A stretch of 64,000 nt of DNA from Callorhinchus milii (Eukaryota), in NCBI RefSeq assembly GCF_018977255.1, contig NW_024704751.1:14818001-14882000 (forward strand), given 5' to 3'. Positions within the stretch are counted from its first letter, which is position 1. Every line of letters begins with the position of its first letter. The position numbers and the translations under genes were made by a program. Below, piece after piece: positions 10,801 through 23,580 of this stretch. A model generated the notes under the pieces. The model was not told the DNA's origin. It worked only from the letters and a program-made list of their open reading frames with translations, and ran no database searches.

Positions 10801-13800
10801 TTGTGCTGCTGATACGCTACTCCTGCACAAAATAATTATCCGTATTTATGCCAGGAAAAGGGAGGATAAGATGATCCGTGTGTGTAAAACACACAGATAT
10901 AGGTATAAACCTAAATGTAAGGAAATGATCTGATTTAGACCATAAAGAAATTAGAAATTTGGATCCGATTAGAAATGAGAAGGATTCCACCTCTCTTCCC
11001 TCTCCTAGAATACAAAGGATTGGATAAAAACATTTGTTTGGAGAGCACAGTATACGCCGCTTGCTGACGGAGACACGCATAACGCTACTCACACCCCTCG
11101 CTGGCTCAGCATCAAGCTCCGCCACTGTTAAGTGCTCCGAGAGGCACTTAACTTAAGGGCGCTATATAAACGCAAGTTGTTGTGCTACCGTCTTGTTTCA
11201 CTTTATCGATCTCACAAAGTTAAAAATGACAGACCTGTCCAAAATTGATACCCAAATTTTATTTTGCATTGCCCACATGTAGGTAAGTGTTCAAACAAAT
11301 CCTTCAAGTGGTAAGCAAGTTATTTGAAACAACTGCATTACAGACATCGCACTGATACATAGGCTGATGGGGGCACATCGGGCTTTTCTCTGCTTCTTTT
11401 TTAAAAAAAATCAAAAAGAGAACTTACAATGCTCTGGTTCTGTTTTTAAATTGTTAAGATATATTCTAGAATAGTATTTTAGCCACTGATTTTTCCCTAC
11501 CTTTCTACGGAAAACAATTCCTCAGAAGTGTTGGGAGCTGTTGCAGTATTTACTCAACAAGATAACAGTTTGTTTGTTTATTTATTTATTTTAAAAAAGG
11601 CATTGGTAAACACACATCAAATAACATTCAGTTTAACAAATTGTTTCTAGGCCCCAATGTAATTTTTAGTTTAATCAGGAGGGAGAAAACAGCCCATTTC
11701 AACTTTTTTTTAATATAGTTTCTGTTTCTCGTCCACAAAAAATAAAAGTGTAAAAGCTATACGCGCACACACACACACACTATCATTGCTAAAAAGATAA
11801 TAATGAAAGCAATCAAACTTAAAACATAAATCTGCAAATAGGACAGCGTGGTGGGAACTGTTTGTTGAAAAAAAGGTAAACATCGAATGGAATTGAAAGG
11901 TTATACAAAAAAAACTAAATGCATTGCTCATTAAAAAACGAGGATTTGTGCTATCTTCACATTCTACAATTTTCCTTTGAGATGCTCTGCTCTACGCTAC
12001 CATTTCTGCACTCTGTTTGCTACCATTAGAATGAACTAACTAAACGTTACTGTAGGCTTTTACATCAGTGTGCTAAAGTCTCCAGACAACTATTGTTCTG
12101 TTTTTTGGATAAACTTTGTTTAGAAGTTTCAATTATCGCTCTTGAAACCCCTCGGAGAAAAGTAACCGAAACACAAAGATAACCATGACAAAAAAAGTAA
12201 AAAATTATCAGGTGCATGTCAGAAACTGGCAACAGAATACAGAATAAAAAGTCAATTGAAGATAAAAGGGCAAGGCTTGCGCAGGGGGAAAAATGCATTT
12301 AAATGTTGCTTAAATCACAGAAACTGAGGCTACAAAACTTCTATTCTTACCTATTTGCCTACAAAATACAATCACCTCCCTTTACAGTAAATCCTGCAAA
12401 GTGATTTGAGTTATCCCAACGTGAAAGGTGCATGTCAAATGCTGGGATTAATAATTATTATTGTGGTAACTCCCCTTGCGCGTATAATAACGGAACTGGG
12501 GATTTTTTAAAAAAATGCAATTGGAAGGTAAAACATCACAATTAAATCATGTATTGAAGATAAGTAACAAAAGATTGTCACTGGAATTCTTGCTCTCAGA
12601 AAATCTTTTTTCACCCAGACCACGTAAATGTGTAATACTCAATTGGAATTAAATTGAAGGGCATGAACGTAAAATAAGCATTTATAAAACCATTCATATC
12701 TATATTGACCTTCGGATAGCCAGGCTCTCCTGCAATTAAACCCACTGAGCGATATTTGGAGGTGCATTGTAATACAGTACATAACTGATCTCTACCCAAC
12801 CACAGTAAACAGGTCAGGGGTTTGATCAATAAGTAATCTCAAATTAATTAAACAGGACCCTTAAATAAACCACTTTAACCACAAGTTTATAATAATGAGG
12901 TAGTTGTATTTCTTAGCGATGGAACTTTCTTCTACACAACAACGTTTTACCAAACTCATGTTTTAACCGGAAAGACATTAAATATAGCCTTCACATTCAC
13001 AGTACACAGCTCCCTCCTCGCCAACTGAGAAACTGAGGATAAGCCGGCGATAAAATACTTCCATGTTTGGTCAGATCCTCAAACCCCCCGCAAATATTTT
13101 TCCTCGTCTTACTTATATAACTTACAATCAGTGAACTTCAGGACAGAGTTCACAATAGCCCTCAAGTCGAATGCTGAGATTGAAAGCTCTACGGAACGCT
13201 AATTTTCCATTTGCAATTTTCCCAACTTTTTTTTATTTATTTATTTTTAAAAAAAAGCACTTTTAAGGAAGAATCGGTCATTAGAAAAAAATATAAAAGA
13301 TAGGCGATGGAAAAAAAAAGTAACCACTTTCCTTTGGTTTTATTTTTGCTTATTTTTTTTCTACCCTTTTTTGCTTGCTTAGTGTTTTCCAGCTGTTGCA
13401 TTTTGTGTGGAGCACCCATCACCCAAGCAAGCACGCTGGCTACAGATTCTGTTTAACCAAGCTTCTTGCCTGGTGTGAGCTTTAGGGGGACTGCTCCAGT
13501 CGAGAGGCAGACACTTGACAGGTTAGTTAGTGGGTTGGCTGAACCTTCAGTGTCTTACGGTCGGACACCATGTTCCGTTCTGAATAAAGTACCCGCTGAT
13601 CTCAAGTCTCGTGCTCAAGCGATTGAGCTGAATAGAATTTTCATCTGTTCTCGAAAACTTAGGTTGACCTACAGATTGAGAGTTGCCCCATAACCGATGA
13701 TACAAGCGAATGGTCAGGTGTAATCAACCTGTAACTGCACAGCATTGGATTTGAATGCACCTAATGATTATTCACCGAAACAAATCACAGTGACGCAAAG

Positions 13801-15869
13801 CAGACAAAATGGATATCCCAATCGTGATCATTCCAATTTTCATGGGACAGAAAGGGGCAGATATTCCTTAACACACTGAGCACTGAATAATACAGCCCGA
13901 TAAATTCTCATTTTGCCCGCTGTTGCCCTATCAAGTCCACAAGGGCTTTCTGAATATATGGTTAAATGAAAATGCTTGAAGTTGTAATTATTTTGAAACC
14001 AATCGAGAGGCACTACACACGAGGAGAAAATATAAATCAATACATCTCTGGATATTAAGTAAAGGACATTAAGAAAAGGGACCCGTTCCAATAAAACAAT
14101 CTTATTTGATCAGGATTTACAGAAGTTTACAATGTTATCACCTATGGATTTTAAATTTCTAAAAGGTCGTTGCTTTCTAATTCCTAGATCAGTTATTAAT
14201 TACTTCCCCCAAATAAACATTGTGGTTTAAATTGAGTAAAACCTCCAAAATATTCTCAACAATTAATAAATTGTTCCCTTTTAAGGCAATTATTTAGTTG
14301 TATTTCTTACATCCATGTCCTACAGCAGTATGTGGCAGGTTTGGACGTACTATATTGAAGGGCACCTTTATAGCACAGGAGTCATTCAGCTAAGCTTCCC
14401 GATTTCCATAAAGACATGCACAACAAGCTCCAGTGCCGGCTTATATAAATGCACCTTGGGCACATTAAACTCTACTGTACTATACATCAGAGCAGTGCAA
14501 GCAACTTTATAAATACAGTGCCGGGCTAAAACTAACAACTTTGTTAATGAACTGCATTACTTTTAACTCAACAAGTAACTTGTGTAATATTAGTATTTAA
14601 AATATGTTCACAGAATCTATTGAAAGTTATTTTTATTGTCAAGTCAAATTAAATTGACAGGACACAAATAAAACATCTAAAAGTAGCAGTGTTGTTTACC
14701 TGGTTTCACCATCAAATCTACTCTTCAGTAAAATTGTATAAAGCTTTTTTTTTGGTAATAAGCCACACATTTTAGGGAAATGCTGACCATAATCGCAGGC
14801 CTCTCCATCCCATCCCCACTGGAAATGTCACCTGCAAATGAATTTTCCTTTGTTTGTGGGAAGATTGGAGCATTAATATTTCCCTGCATTTTGCAATCTG
14901 AAAGAAAAATGGAAAAAAATCTGCAGCATTTAGCTTCTCTGATTCCCGAGATGCTATATTTATTAGAGTTTCTCAAAGCAGACAAAATTATAAAACCACG
15001 CTTAATGGATTTCATCGGTCTGTCGTTTTCGTGAAAAACTGAACCGTTGAAAGGAGCTGAAAGATCACTTTAGCATTATGGATTTCAGAGGTTGATGGCC
15101 ATTTGATGCACATGTTTGCACAGAGATAATGTCTTTAAAAATGGAGAAAAGTCACAAAGATGTCCAATGGAATGCTAACAGGAATTGATTCCACTTGTTT
15201 ACTTCATCAATTATCCCCAAACAAAAAGGCACATTGGTGATAGCGCAGGATTTAAAATGGACTATTAAAGGGATAGTAAAGAGAAGACCTTTCAGCCCGT
15301 AAGCCTGTTTAACCTGTGAAACCATTCTCTTTAAACCATTGATTAAAATGAGGTTCCAGAAACTGGTTGTCTACAAATTAAGGTAATTTCAACCCGGAAT
15401 AATGCAGCAATACAGATCATGCAGTGACCAATTTGCTCTTTCATAGACTCATTATAAATCACTGGGATATTTAATGCAGCATACAGATAACTGCACCTCT
15501 CCGAGCTCTGCTTCCCTTCTTAAACCTCTCATTAGAAGAGATCTTGATGGATATAAAAAAATTGGAACCCCAACATTACCCTATACTGGACATTATTAAA
15601 ACAAAGCAGACATGGCAGAAAAATAGTTTATGTGACTTTAGTCCAACAAACTGGCAATGCCATACTTAATTTACACTGAAATACAGGTTAGAGATTAAAA
15701 AGCAACAAGTAAGTGTGAAAAGGCTGTGAATCTATTACATAACTGTACAAACAACTGTACAAAGCTCATATAAATCTTAGGCCTATTAACAGAATTAATA
15801 GAAAGCCTTTCTCAGTCCTCAAATCCTACGTGACTTTTGTGTTTTTTTTAAAAAAAGGAAAAAAGATAA

Positions 15870-16229
15870 TCAAATAAGCAGTGATGGAGTTGGCTTCTTG
15901 CCAGGCCAGGCCTCCTTGGCGTATTTCTTCTTCTTCGGCTCATTAACAGACTCTGCGTTGAACACACCGGCATTCGGAACCGCATTTATAGTCACAGCTG
16001 TCGGCACCACTGCTGGAGCCAAGTCCACCTCCGGGGCAGGGTTGGGGAATGGCATGGGCAGTCCTCCTATCATTGCAGTTCCCATTGTATTGCCATGTGT
16101 CTGAGATGTTGAATCACCGCTAGTTGGAGGCAGCCCACCGTATAAACCAGCACTGAAGGGGAAATTCTGCATACGTCTGGCCCCGGCATCGTCCAGGCCC
16201 AGGGGACTGGGGCTCTCGGTCTTCTTTTT
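15870..16229 (-). CDS. PPP1R8: PPP1R8 exon 7 (terminal)
   Basis: KKKTESPSPLGLDDAGARRMQNFPFSAGLYGGLPP...KKKYAKEAWPGKKPTPSLLI-TGA. Confidence 0.94.
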   Translation of the reverse strand, partial: KKKTESPSPLGLDDAGARRMQNFPFSAGLYGGLPPTSGDSTSQTHGNTMGTAMIGGLPMPFPNPAPEVDLAPAVVPTAVTINAVPNAGVFNAESVNEPKKKKYAKEAWPGKKPTPSLLI

Positions 16230-19200
16230 CTGTAGTTTCCGAGAAAATAATCAAATTAATTAACTTGGAAACAATTCTCGATTGCATTCACCAATAATAA
16301 TAATCCCTGCATTTGATATAGCGCTTTTCATGTCTTCTAGACGTCTCAAAGCGCTTCACAGAATAATTTTTTTTTAATCATCAATATCAAACCAGGCTTG
16401 ATTATGCACATTATAGGGTTCATGTCACAGGTAAGATGGCTCCTATCATGACGCATTATTTGCGCAGCACTAAATTTGGAATGCAAAAATGCAAATATCC
16501 AGCTGCCTCTGTATTTAATGCTTTGGGATACTGTTGATTAAAAAGAATATCAACTATCGTATCTGTTGTGGATTGCAGAATTTGATTTTAGATTGTATCA
16601 AACTCCAAAGAAATAACTGTCAGCTAGAGAAATTAACTTGTTAATTAGTTAGTACATTACTATAATGCATCAATCCACAGCAGCAAAATCAATGAGATCT
16701 ATTTAGAATCTATTATCATTTACAACAAAGCATAGGAACAGGGGAGGCCATTCAGCTCCTCGAGTCTGTTCCGCCCTTCTATTAGATCATGGCTGATCTG
16801 TACATCAAGTCTAATTAAAATAGCGTATCTACTGGTTTTGTTTACCTTGAGTGGAACTACAGCTGTCTGGACCATATTTCTGAAGCGTCCGACTGATGGG
16901 TCAACGTCCTCTGAAGGGAAGGGGGAAAAAAAAGACATCAGCACTGGTTCTTAAAATAAAAAACATTCAAATCTAAAAAAAAATGATTCCGCTCCAGTCA
17001 AAAGAAAATCAAAACAAGATTCGAAACAGGAGAAAGCAAAATGAAATTTTTTCAATGTACTTTTAAAACAAAAACGGATTAAAAAAANTGAAAGAATACA
17101 AGCCAAATAATCCAGATCAAATCCATTCCTTTCAAAAACATGATGGTTAACAACCTTGTCAACAACAATAAAACCGAAAGAGACATAAACCTGACGCAAG
17201 TCCATCTATTTCAGTGAACATACAGGATGTAACAGTTCGATCACTGACAAATTCAACAGTTTTGTTCTGTCACAGTCAACCGGCAAAACTGTTCAGGCTA
17301 CAATTCCTACGGTCAACCCAGCAAGCATTTCAAACTTCCCTACATTCACAAAATAGTCATACCTGGATTTATTATTTCTTCTTCTTCACTGAATGATACC
17401 CTGTAGCTCTTTCTTTTACGTTTTGGCCTCTGGATCTCAAGGTTCCCTTCTTCAATTGTCAGCGTAGATATTCTTTTGTTATGAGCGGTGTTAAATTCAG
17501 TTAGGTTCTAGGGAGGGGAGGAAAATAAAGGTGTGAAATAACAGTCCTCAGCAAACGTTGGATTTCCTCAACGAAGATGATGGGTAAGAAAACTGAATTG
17601 CTTTGTTTTCTTCTGGTTTAAATTAATAACAATAATAATAGCCTTATCACATCGACTGTATTTTGCAGGTGAAATTTGTGCAGCTTTACCAGTGATAATG
17701 AAATGAGCAGCCGAATCTAAGTACATCAATTGAAGGATGTCCTGCAATTGTACTATTTTCTAAACCTACTTCCATTAGAACCATGTTAGGTGAGGGTATT
17801 AAGGGATATGGGGCAAGGCTGGGTAATGGGACTTGAGGTGCAGATCTTATAAAATGGCAGAACAAGCTCGGGGTTTGAATAGCCTACACCTGTTTCTATC
17901 TCAATATTCAAACCTTAACCTAAACTGTTCAGAGAGTTCTTGATGTCCAGCAGAAAGGGACAGATACGGTCAGAAACCAGGACTCACATCAAGCTCAGTC
18001 TCTTCTTCAGGTAGACCCAGCAACCCTTTCAGTTCGTCGTCTTCCACGATGTCGTCACCTTTGATTGCCGATGGCAATGTCTGTGGTTTTTCTCGTAGTG
18101 TGTAGGCTCGTGTTGAAGCTCCAAACGACAGCGTGGAGTCAATGGGAACCTGCTGGGGTTTGTGAGGCTCCAGCCGAAGATGCCCCAGGAATGTACCATG
18201 AGCTGCCAGGTTAAAAACACAGTTTAGTAATCATTATATTGCAAACCAGTGAATGAACCTGACTTGCTGTTCATCTTAACTTTCAAGCTGTTTTGTTTCA
18301 AAAACAAAAATGTAACCTGTTTCAGCCTATACTTATACAAAACGATGCAACCTGTTCCCTGCTCAACACTTTGCACGGTCTCAAAATAAAGCTGAGAATT
18401 TGTTTGTGATCAGGTGTTTATCCTGTCTTGTCAAACAATTTGATTCACCCTGTCCTAGTAAGGCAATATTTAAGTTAAGATGTTGACCACCGACCCACAA
18501 TGACGCGGAAACCAATCATTAGTTTTAATCAAGTAAAATTTAAAACAAACATGAAATGCCACCAAAATTTACCTTGTTCAATGGATCCAAATAATATGAA
18601 AATTCTCATATTGTGCAATTCCAAATCATAGGCCTAGATTTTTTGCCTTTATCAATGAGCTTTCATAAAGTCTCTCAAAAACCTTCCACTTTGAAACAGA
18701 GTTTCCCATCCCCTACCGTCTCCACCTCCTCAAAGTTGACCCTTTGCAAATATCTCTTGTAAAAACTGGACCACATGAAACACTTACTGCTGTTCAGGTC
18801 TATGATGAAGATTCTCTTCAAATGTTTGTGATAGACCATTGCAGAGTGGACTCTTGAACATGACTGATGGTCAATGGTAAAGTCACATATATCAGGGTTT
18901 CTTCCAAAGAGGTAGTATTTTTTCTCGTCAATAATCAGTTTCTGTAGAAAAAGGACCAAATATAGAGATCACGCTGCCATATTCTTTAAGTGGTTTCTAT
19001 AACTTTTCCCTGGTGCGTTTTGCAAATTCCATTTTTAAGCGCCAAAGCTAATGCAAGAAACTGTACAACAAAATGGAAGAACTATGGGTAGATGGAAACA
19101 ATTTTTGCATTGTTTTTCCAGTGGACTAAGATTTTTGTTGGGTAAAGATATCAAGGGATATGATCTAATAGAATGGTGGAACAGGCTCGAGGAAGTGAAT

Positions 19201-22200
19201 GGCCTACTCCTGTTTCTATGGAGAACACATTCTTGGAAGTCAATATCCATGACCAGTTTGCTCAGCTTTTTAAAGCTATGTTGCGTGATGTTAACGCCAA
19301 CAAATAACATTAAACCATTTAACCAGTCTACAAGTTTTCCTTGGGAAAAAGTAAAATCGCAAACATTGTGCCTCTAAGTTATAACCCATAGTGTTTCTGC
19401 GCACGATGAGCTAATATGTACTCATGGCTTGGTTTAATCTTGCACCATTTGGACCCAACAATCACAGGATTGTCTCAGATCTACAACAGAGCTTTGACAT
19501 AGATAGCCAGGTTAGTATCTGGTGCATTCCTTTCCAAATCGGTGTCATTATAATCTGCCCACGAATCCTCCCAACCCAAGAGAAAAAAGTATTATTCACC
19601 TCTACTAGCTTGTCGCCTTTGACAACATCCAAATGAAGTCCTGGGGGAGGCTTCCCTGCCCTAAAATTAGAAACGATCATCAGCACACAAACGAAAGGTA
19701 TTTAAGGTATTTACTTGCAAACTGCAAATTTACATACAAAGTTCTTCACTCCACCCATTACCTCAAGAGCACAAGAAACTTTCAAATGGCTACATGAATG
19801 ACAGGGAGTCCGTGTAATGAAGCAGAGAATCAATTCTCCAAGAGTTTCTGAGCATGTTGTTATATACCGCTTCGATTTTTTAATTGGCTAATAATCTCCA
19901 ATGCATCAGCTAAAATTCTACAGAGTACCTGATTCCTCAGTAATAGAACTCAGGGCCCCTGAAGATCAAATCATGTGCCCTAATAGCACCTTGGGACGTC
20001 CTTCCGACATACTCTACAAATTTAATATTGTTGTTGTTGTACAATAGGACTTCATTCCAAATTATGTGACTGGGCAGTTGACCTGCAGTTGTCACTAATT
20101 TCGGAAGGTCAAAACATAACTTAATGAAAACAGAATAACACTGCCATCCCCAACCATCCACCATTTCTATATAGAGATTAATCATCTCAAGTGCTCGGGT
20201 TGGAGACGAAAGAATGCAAAGGATGAATCAGGAAATGAAGGGTTCAACGCATCTCAGGGTTCAGATAAATGTTGAAAAGTGTCATTTTTCCATTCTGTGG
20301 TGCAAGATGAAACCCCTTTATTAACATATGCATTACACTCCTACTTAATGCAACAGCAACTTGCACTTATATGGTGCCCTCCATGCAGGGCAGCATCTCA
20401 GAGCGCTTAATACTGGCGGAGCCCAACTCCCAACCAGGAAGTGGGGAGGTGGCTGTAAGCACGGTCGAAGAGGAAGGTTTTCAGGCAGGACTTGGAAAAA
20501 GGGGAGAGAGGGGGCAAGGCGCAGGGATTGAGGGAGAGTGTTCCAGAGTTTCGGGGCGTTTTGGCTGAAAGCGAGACTTCTGATGGTGGGGCGGAAGGTA
20601 CAAGGGACGAGCAGGCAGCCGGTGCCAGTCGAGCAGAGGTGGTGGATTGAGTGCAAGGTAATCTCTATAAAATACAATTGCTTAATCAAAATATACCATT
20701 GGCTCTACCAAGGTACAGTATATACAAAGATGAACTCAATGCACTTTCCGTTTCCTTTTTTTTTGCAGAAACAACAATTTTAGATGAGGAAATTAGTTCT
20801 CAGGCACTTTCCACCTTTAGGTACCAAGTGTCTGCATCAACTATTCCCCATTCTTCTGTGGGCCCAAAGGAGCAATATTTAACACAGAATCTGCAACACA
20901 TCGCTGGGTCAGGAAAAAACAGACCCATCGTATCTATGGCATTTGAACTACCGTATTATTTTGCTTAGAACTCTAGTTCCCAAACTAGACATGTCAGGGG
21001 AGTCCAAAGGAGGCACTGTAATGTGGACGATAATGGAGGTGGTTACAGCTATTTCTTCAGATGGGTCTTTGTCCCATTTTTAGAGGCGTCAGCACCAGGC
21101 ACTCCAGTTGCACGACCTATATCATATTTTCTATCTGATCTCAGGTAGGTTTTTTGGGGGAGAAACCTGCTCTATTAACGGCCCAACCAGATGGGCAAGG
21201 TAGTTTCAAGCACTGCTAAACTGTCTGAAACTTAAGTTAGATCTTCTCCCAAGCAAATGACTGTCACAACTCACAACTCAGTAACTGCTCGGTTCTCAAA
21301 TAGTTTCAGCTTGGCTCTTCGGCACAAGTTATACGGTTAGAACTTGAGCTGGACTCTTAAGGATGATATTGCAGTGCAGTACACTGTTTTGAAAGAAATA
21401 TTAAACCGAAGCGCCATCTCCCTGGTCTAATGGATATTAAAGATCCCATGACACTATTGAAAGAGAAAAGGAGGGTATGTGTCCTGGCAAATAATTCTCC
21501 AGATAAATCAGTTAGTCACTTTATAGCTGGTTTAGGAACATGCTCGGCATAAATTGCCTACAAACACACTTGACATTAATTACCTGTGGAAAAAGTCTGC
21601 AAAGCACTCTAAAATATTTTGATATTACAGGCTTTATCAAATGCAAGCATTATTTTTCAGTGTGCAAGCTAAAGGCAGGGGGAAAAAAAAACCACACCCT
21701 ACATGCCAAAAATCCAACTTGAATGTACTAGTGCCTTTCGCTTAGGATAATTTCTGATAGCACTTTACTGAGATAGAGTCCAAACAGAGTGGGAGTAGGG
21801 GGGTAAAGTGAGAGGTGGCTGAAGATGTATTCAGAGAGATAGGTTTTCAGTAGAGAGGGAGGACGTGAGTCAGAGAGATTTGGGATGAGAGTTCCAGAGA
21901 ACAGGGGCAAGGCGGCTGAATAAGTAGAGCTGAACAACGTATCTCCATTTTTTTAAAGAAATAACCCTGTAAATTATAACCAGAGGTCAGAAGGTTGTGG
22001 GTTCAAGCCCCGTTTCAGGAAATTTGAGCTCACATTCTACTGCATTGCCAGAGGTACCATTCTTCACATGAGACCCTGAACTTGGGTTCTGACGGACTTT
22101 AAAGGACCTTTGCCACAATTCAAAAAGAAGAGGGAGGTTCGCCCCGCATCCGAACCAACAATTCCCCAAATAAAATCAGTTATTCATTGCAGGTCTTTTT

Positions 22201-23406
22201 GTAGGACATCGCCCCGCACAAACTGGCTACCATATTTCCCTACAAATGCAGTTACTAAACATAACAGAAAACAGTAACGTTTCAATATTGACAGCCACTG
22301 CACTCAATGATAATCTTTGCATTTGATCAGTATAATCATTTCATAATCCAGTGCTTGATTGGATTAAAAAAAAACTGTGAAGGGCAGCAAAGGTACATTT
22401 TTAAGTCAACAGTAATCCACGCATCCGGCACGCCGTGGCATCTCAAAGTGCTTCACTGCAGAAGTGTAGTGACTGTGCATTTGTCACTGCACAGGCAGTG
22501 GGCTGGCTTGACAACAAGTCCTGCAAAGCACTGGAAAGGGGTGGGCGGGGGGGGGGGGGGGGGGGAGGAGGGGAGAGGAGAAGGGGGTTATCCTCTCATA
22601 AAATGAAAGACCCGAAATGTTTCGCCCGCAAAAGTACCGTCACGTGCACTTCACAGCGGATCCCGCGAAGCGCTTCGCGACGGCGTCTCGAGGACGCGAT
22701 ACGGCGCCGTATCAAACAATTATCATCATACGGAGGGATTGCGATTATTAGCAGCTGTATTTTTTTTTTGGGGGGGGGGAGGGGAGAGAGAGGGGGAGAT
22801 GGGGGTGGGGGTGGGGGGGGGGGGGGGAGAGACAAGAATTTTTTTTTCCGCATCCAAACAAAATCACCAACTACTGTATATCATCGCTGTCTTTTAGTCC
22901 TAATAATAATAATAAGATGATGATGATGGTGGTGATGATGATGGAGAAACAGTTCTGACCAAATCAGCCGTCATGAGGTTCAGGGGGTGTAAGCCCCTCC
23001 ATTACCCCCTCCTCCTCCTCCTCCACCCCGTGGTGGTGTGTGTGTGTGTGTGTGGAGGGAGGGAGGAGGTGGTGGTGGAGGGTCTGTACACTCACTGCCT
23101 TGGGCCTGAGCTGCAGGGCTGAGAGGCTGAGGCCTAGGATGGAGGCTGCAGCCTCATGCAACACACAAAGCTTCCCCCACCCCACCCCCTCCCTCGCTCT
23201 CTCTCTCTCACTCACTCTCCCGCCTCAGCCGCGGGGGAGGGCGGGCGGGCGGGCGGGAGGGAGAGGGGTGGAAGGGGGGGGTGGGGGTGTGTAGCGGAGG
23301 GGGAGAGAGAGGGCTCGGCGGGCCCGGGCTGCGCGGTCGGGCTGACGGTAGCGGCCACTCACCAGGACGGGCAGTCGAAGATGGGTTTCAACTGAATCGC
23401 CTGCAT
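15870..23406 (-). CDS. PPP1R8: Nuclear inhibitor of PP1 (NIPP1), FHA domain plus RVxF motif; complete, 347 aa
   Basis: Exons 23363-23406, 19600-19660, 18788-18941, 17988-18202, 17363-17507, 16846-16910 and 15870-16229 total 1044 nt in frame: FDCPSWAGKPPPGLHLDVVKGDKL, YYLFGRNPD..DHQSCSRVH, RPKRKRKSYRVSFS, KKKYAKEAWPGKKPTPSLLI*. Confidence 0.96.
16846..16910 (-). CDS. PPP1R8: PPP1R8 exon 6
   Basis: EDVDPSVGRFRNMVQTAVVPLK. Confidence 0.93.
17363..17507 (-). CDS. PPP1R8: PPP1R8 exon 5 (RVxF PP1-binding motif)
   Basis: NLTEFNTAHNKRISTLTIEEGNLEIQRPKRKRKSYRVSFSEEEEIINP. Confidence 0.94.
17988..18202 (-). CDS. PPP1R8: PPP1R8 exon 4
   Basis: HGTFLGHLRLEPHKPQQVPIDSTLSFGASTRAYTLREKPQT...GLLGLPEEETELD; GTGAGT donor. 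Confidence 0.93.
18788..18941 (-). CDS. PPP1R8: PPP1R8 exon 3 (FHA)
   Basis: KLIIDEKKYYLFGRNPDICDFTIDHQSCSRVHSAMVYHKHLKRIFIIDLNS. Confidence 0.94.
19364..19526 (-). ncRNA. SCARNA1: SCARNA1 (ACA35)-like H/ACA scaRNA in PPP1R8 intron 2
   Basis: The minus strand reads GCACCAGATACTAACC...TGAG...TGGTGC (5' hairpin), then AGATTA (box H), a second hairpin TAGCTCAT/ATGGGTTA, and ACA plus 3 nt at the end; about 163 nt. The 5' end resembles human SCARNA1 (recalled), which is hosted in a PPP1R8 intron. Confidence 0.8.
19600..19660 (-). CDS. PPP1R8: PPP1R8 exon 2
   Basis: AGKPPPGLHLDVVKGDKLVE. Confidence 0.93.
21340..21655 (+). mobile_element. Old Deu-domain SINE copy (AmnSINE/SacSINE-like)
   Basis: TTAAACCGAAG..GATATTAAAGATCCCATGACACTATT..GTCCTGGCAAA core; similar copies at about 21985-22260, 41310-41620, 55230-55600 and 56380-56730(-). 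Confidence 0.6.
23363..23406 (-). CDS. PPP1R8: PPP1R8 exon 1 (MQAIQLKPIFDCPSW)
   Basis: ATG at 23406, GTGAGT donor, in CpG island. Confidence 0.88.
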
Positions 23407-23439
23407 TTGAATCGCATTGAGAGACGCACAGCGACCAAA

Positions 23440-23580
23440 GCCCCCGCCCCCCCCCCCCGCCCGCCCTTAACCCCGGGGGCACAGCACTGCGCTTGCGCGG
23501 GTGCGTGCGTGGGTGCGTCTTTGCGTGCGTGCGTGCGTCACGCGCCTGGCTCGCTTTGCCCGCTGGGATTTGTAGTCAGC
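23440..23580 (-). promoter_or_regulatory. PPP1R8 CpG-island promoter with GC boxes, NRF1-like TGCGCTTGCGC and ZNF143/THAP11-type ACTACAAATCCCA
   Basis: TGGGATTTGTAGT at 23564-23576 (reverse complement ACTACAAATCCCA); TGCGCTTGCGC at about 23488-23498; high CpG density. Confidence 0.6.

Noticed and set aside
8902-10933. ORFs of 226-518 aa
   Set aside because: They run through the N gap and CA/TG microsatellites; only 9914-9940 is coding.
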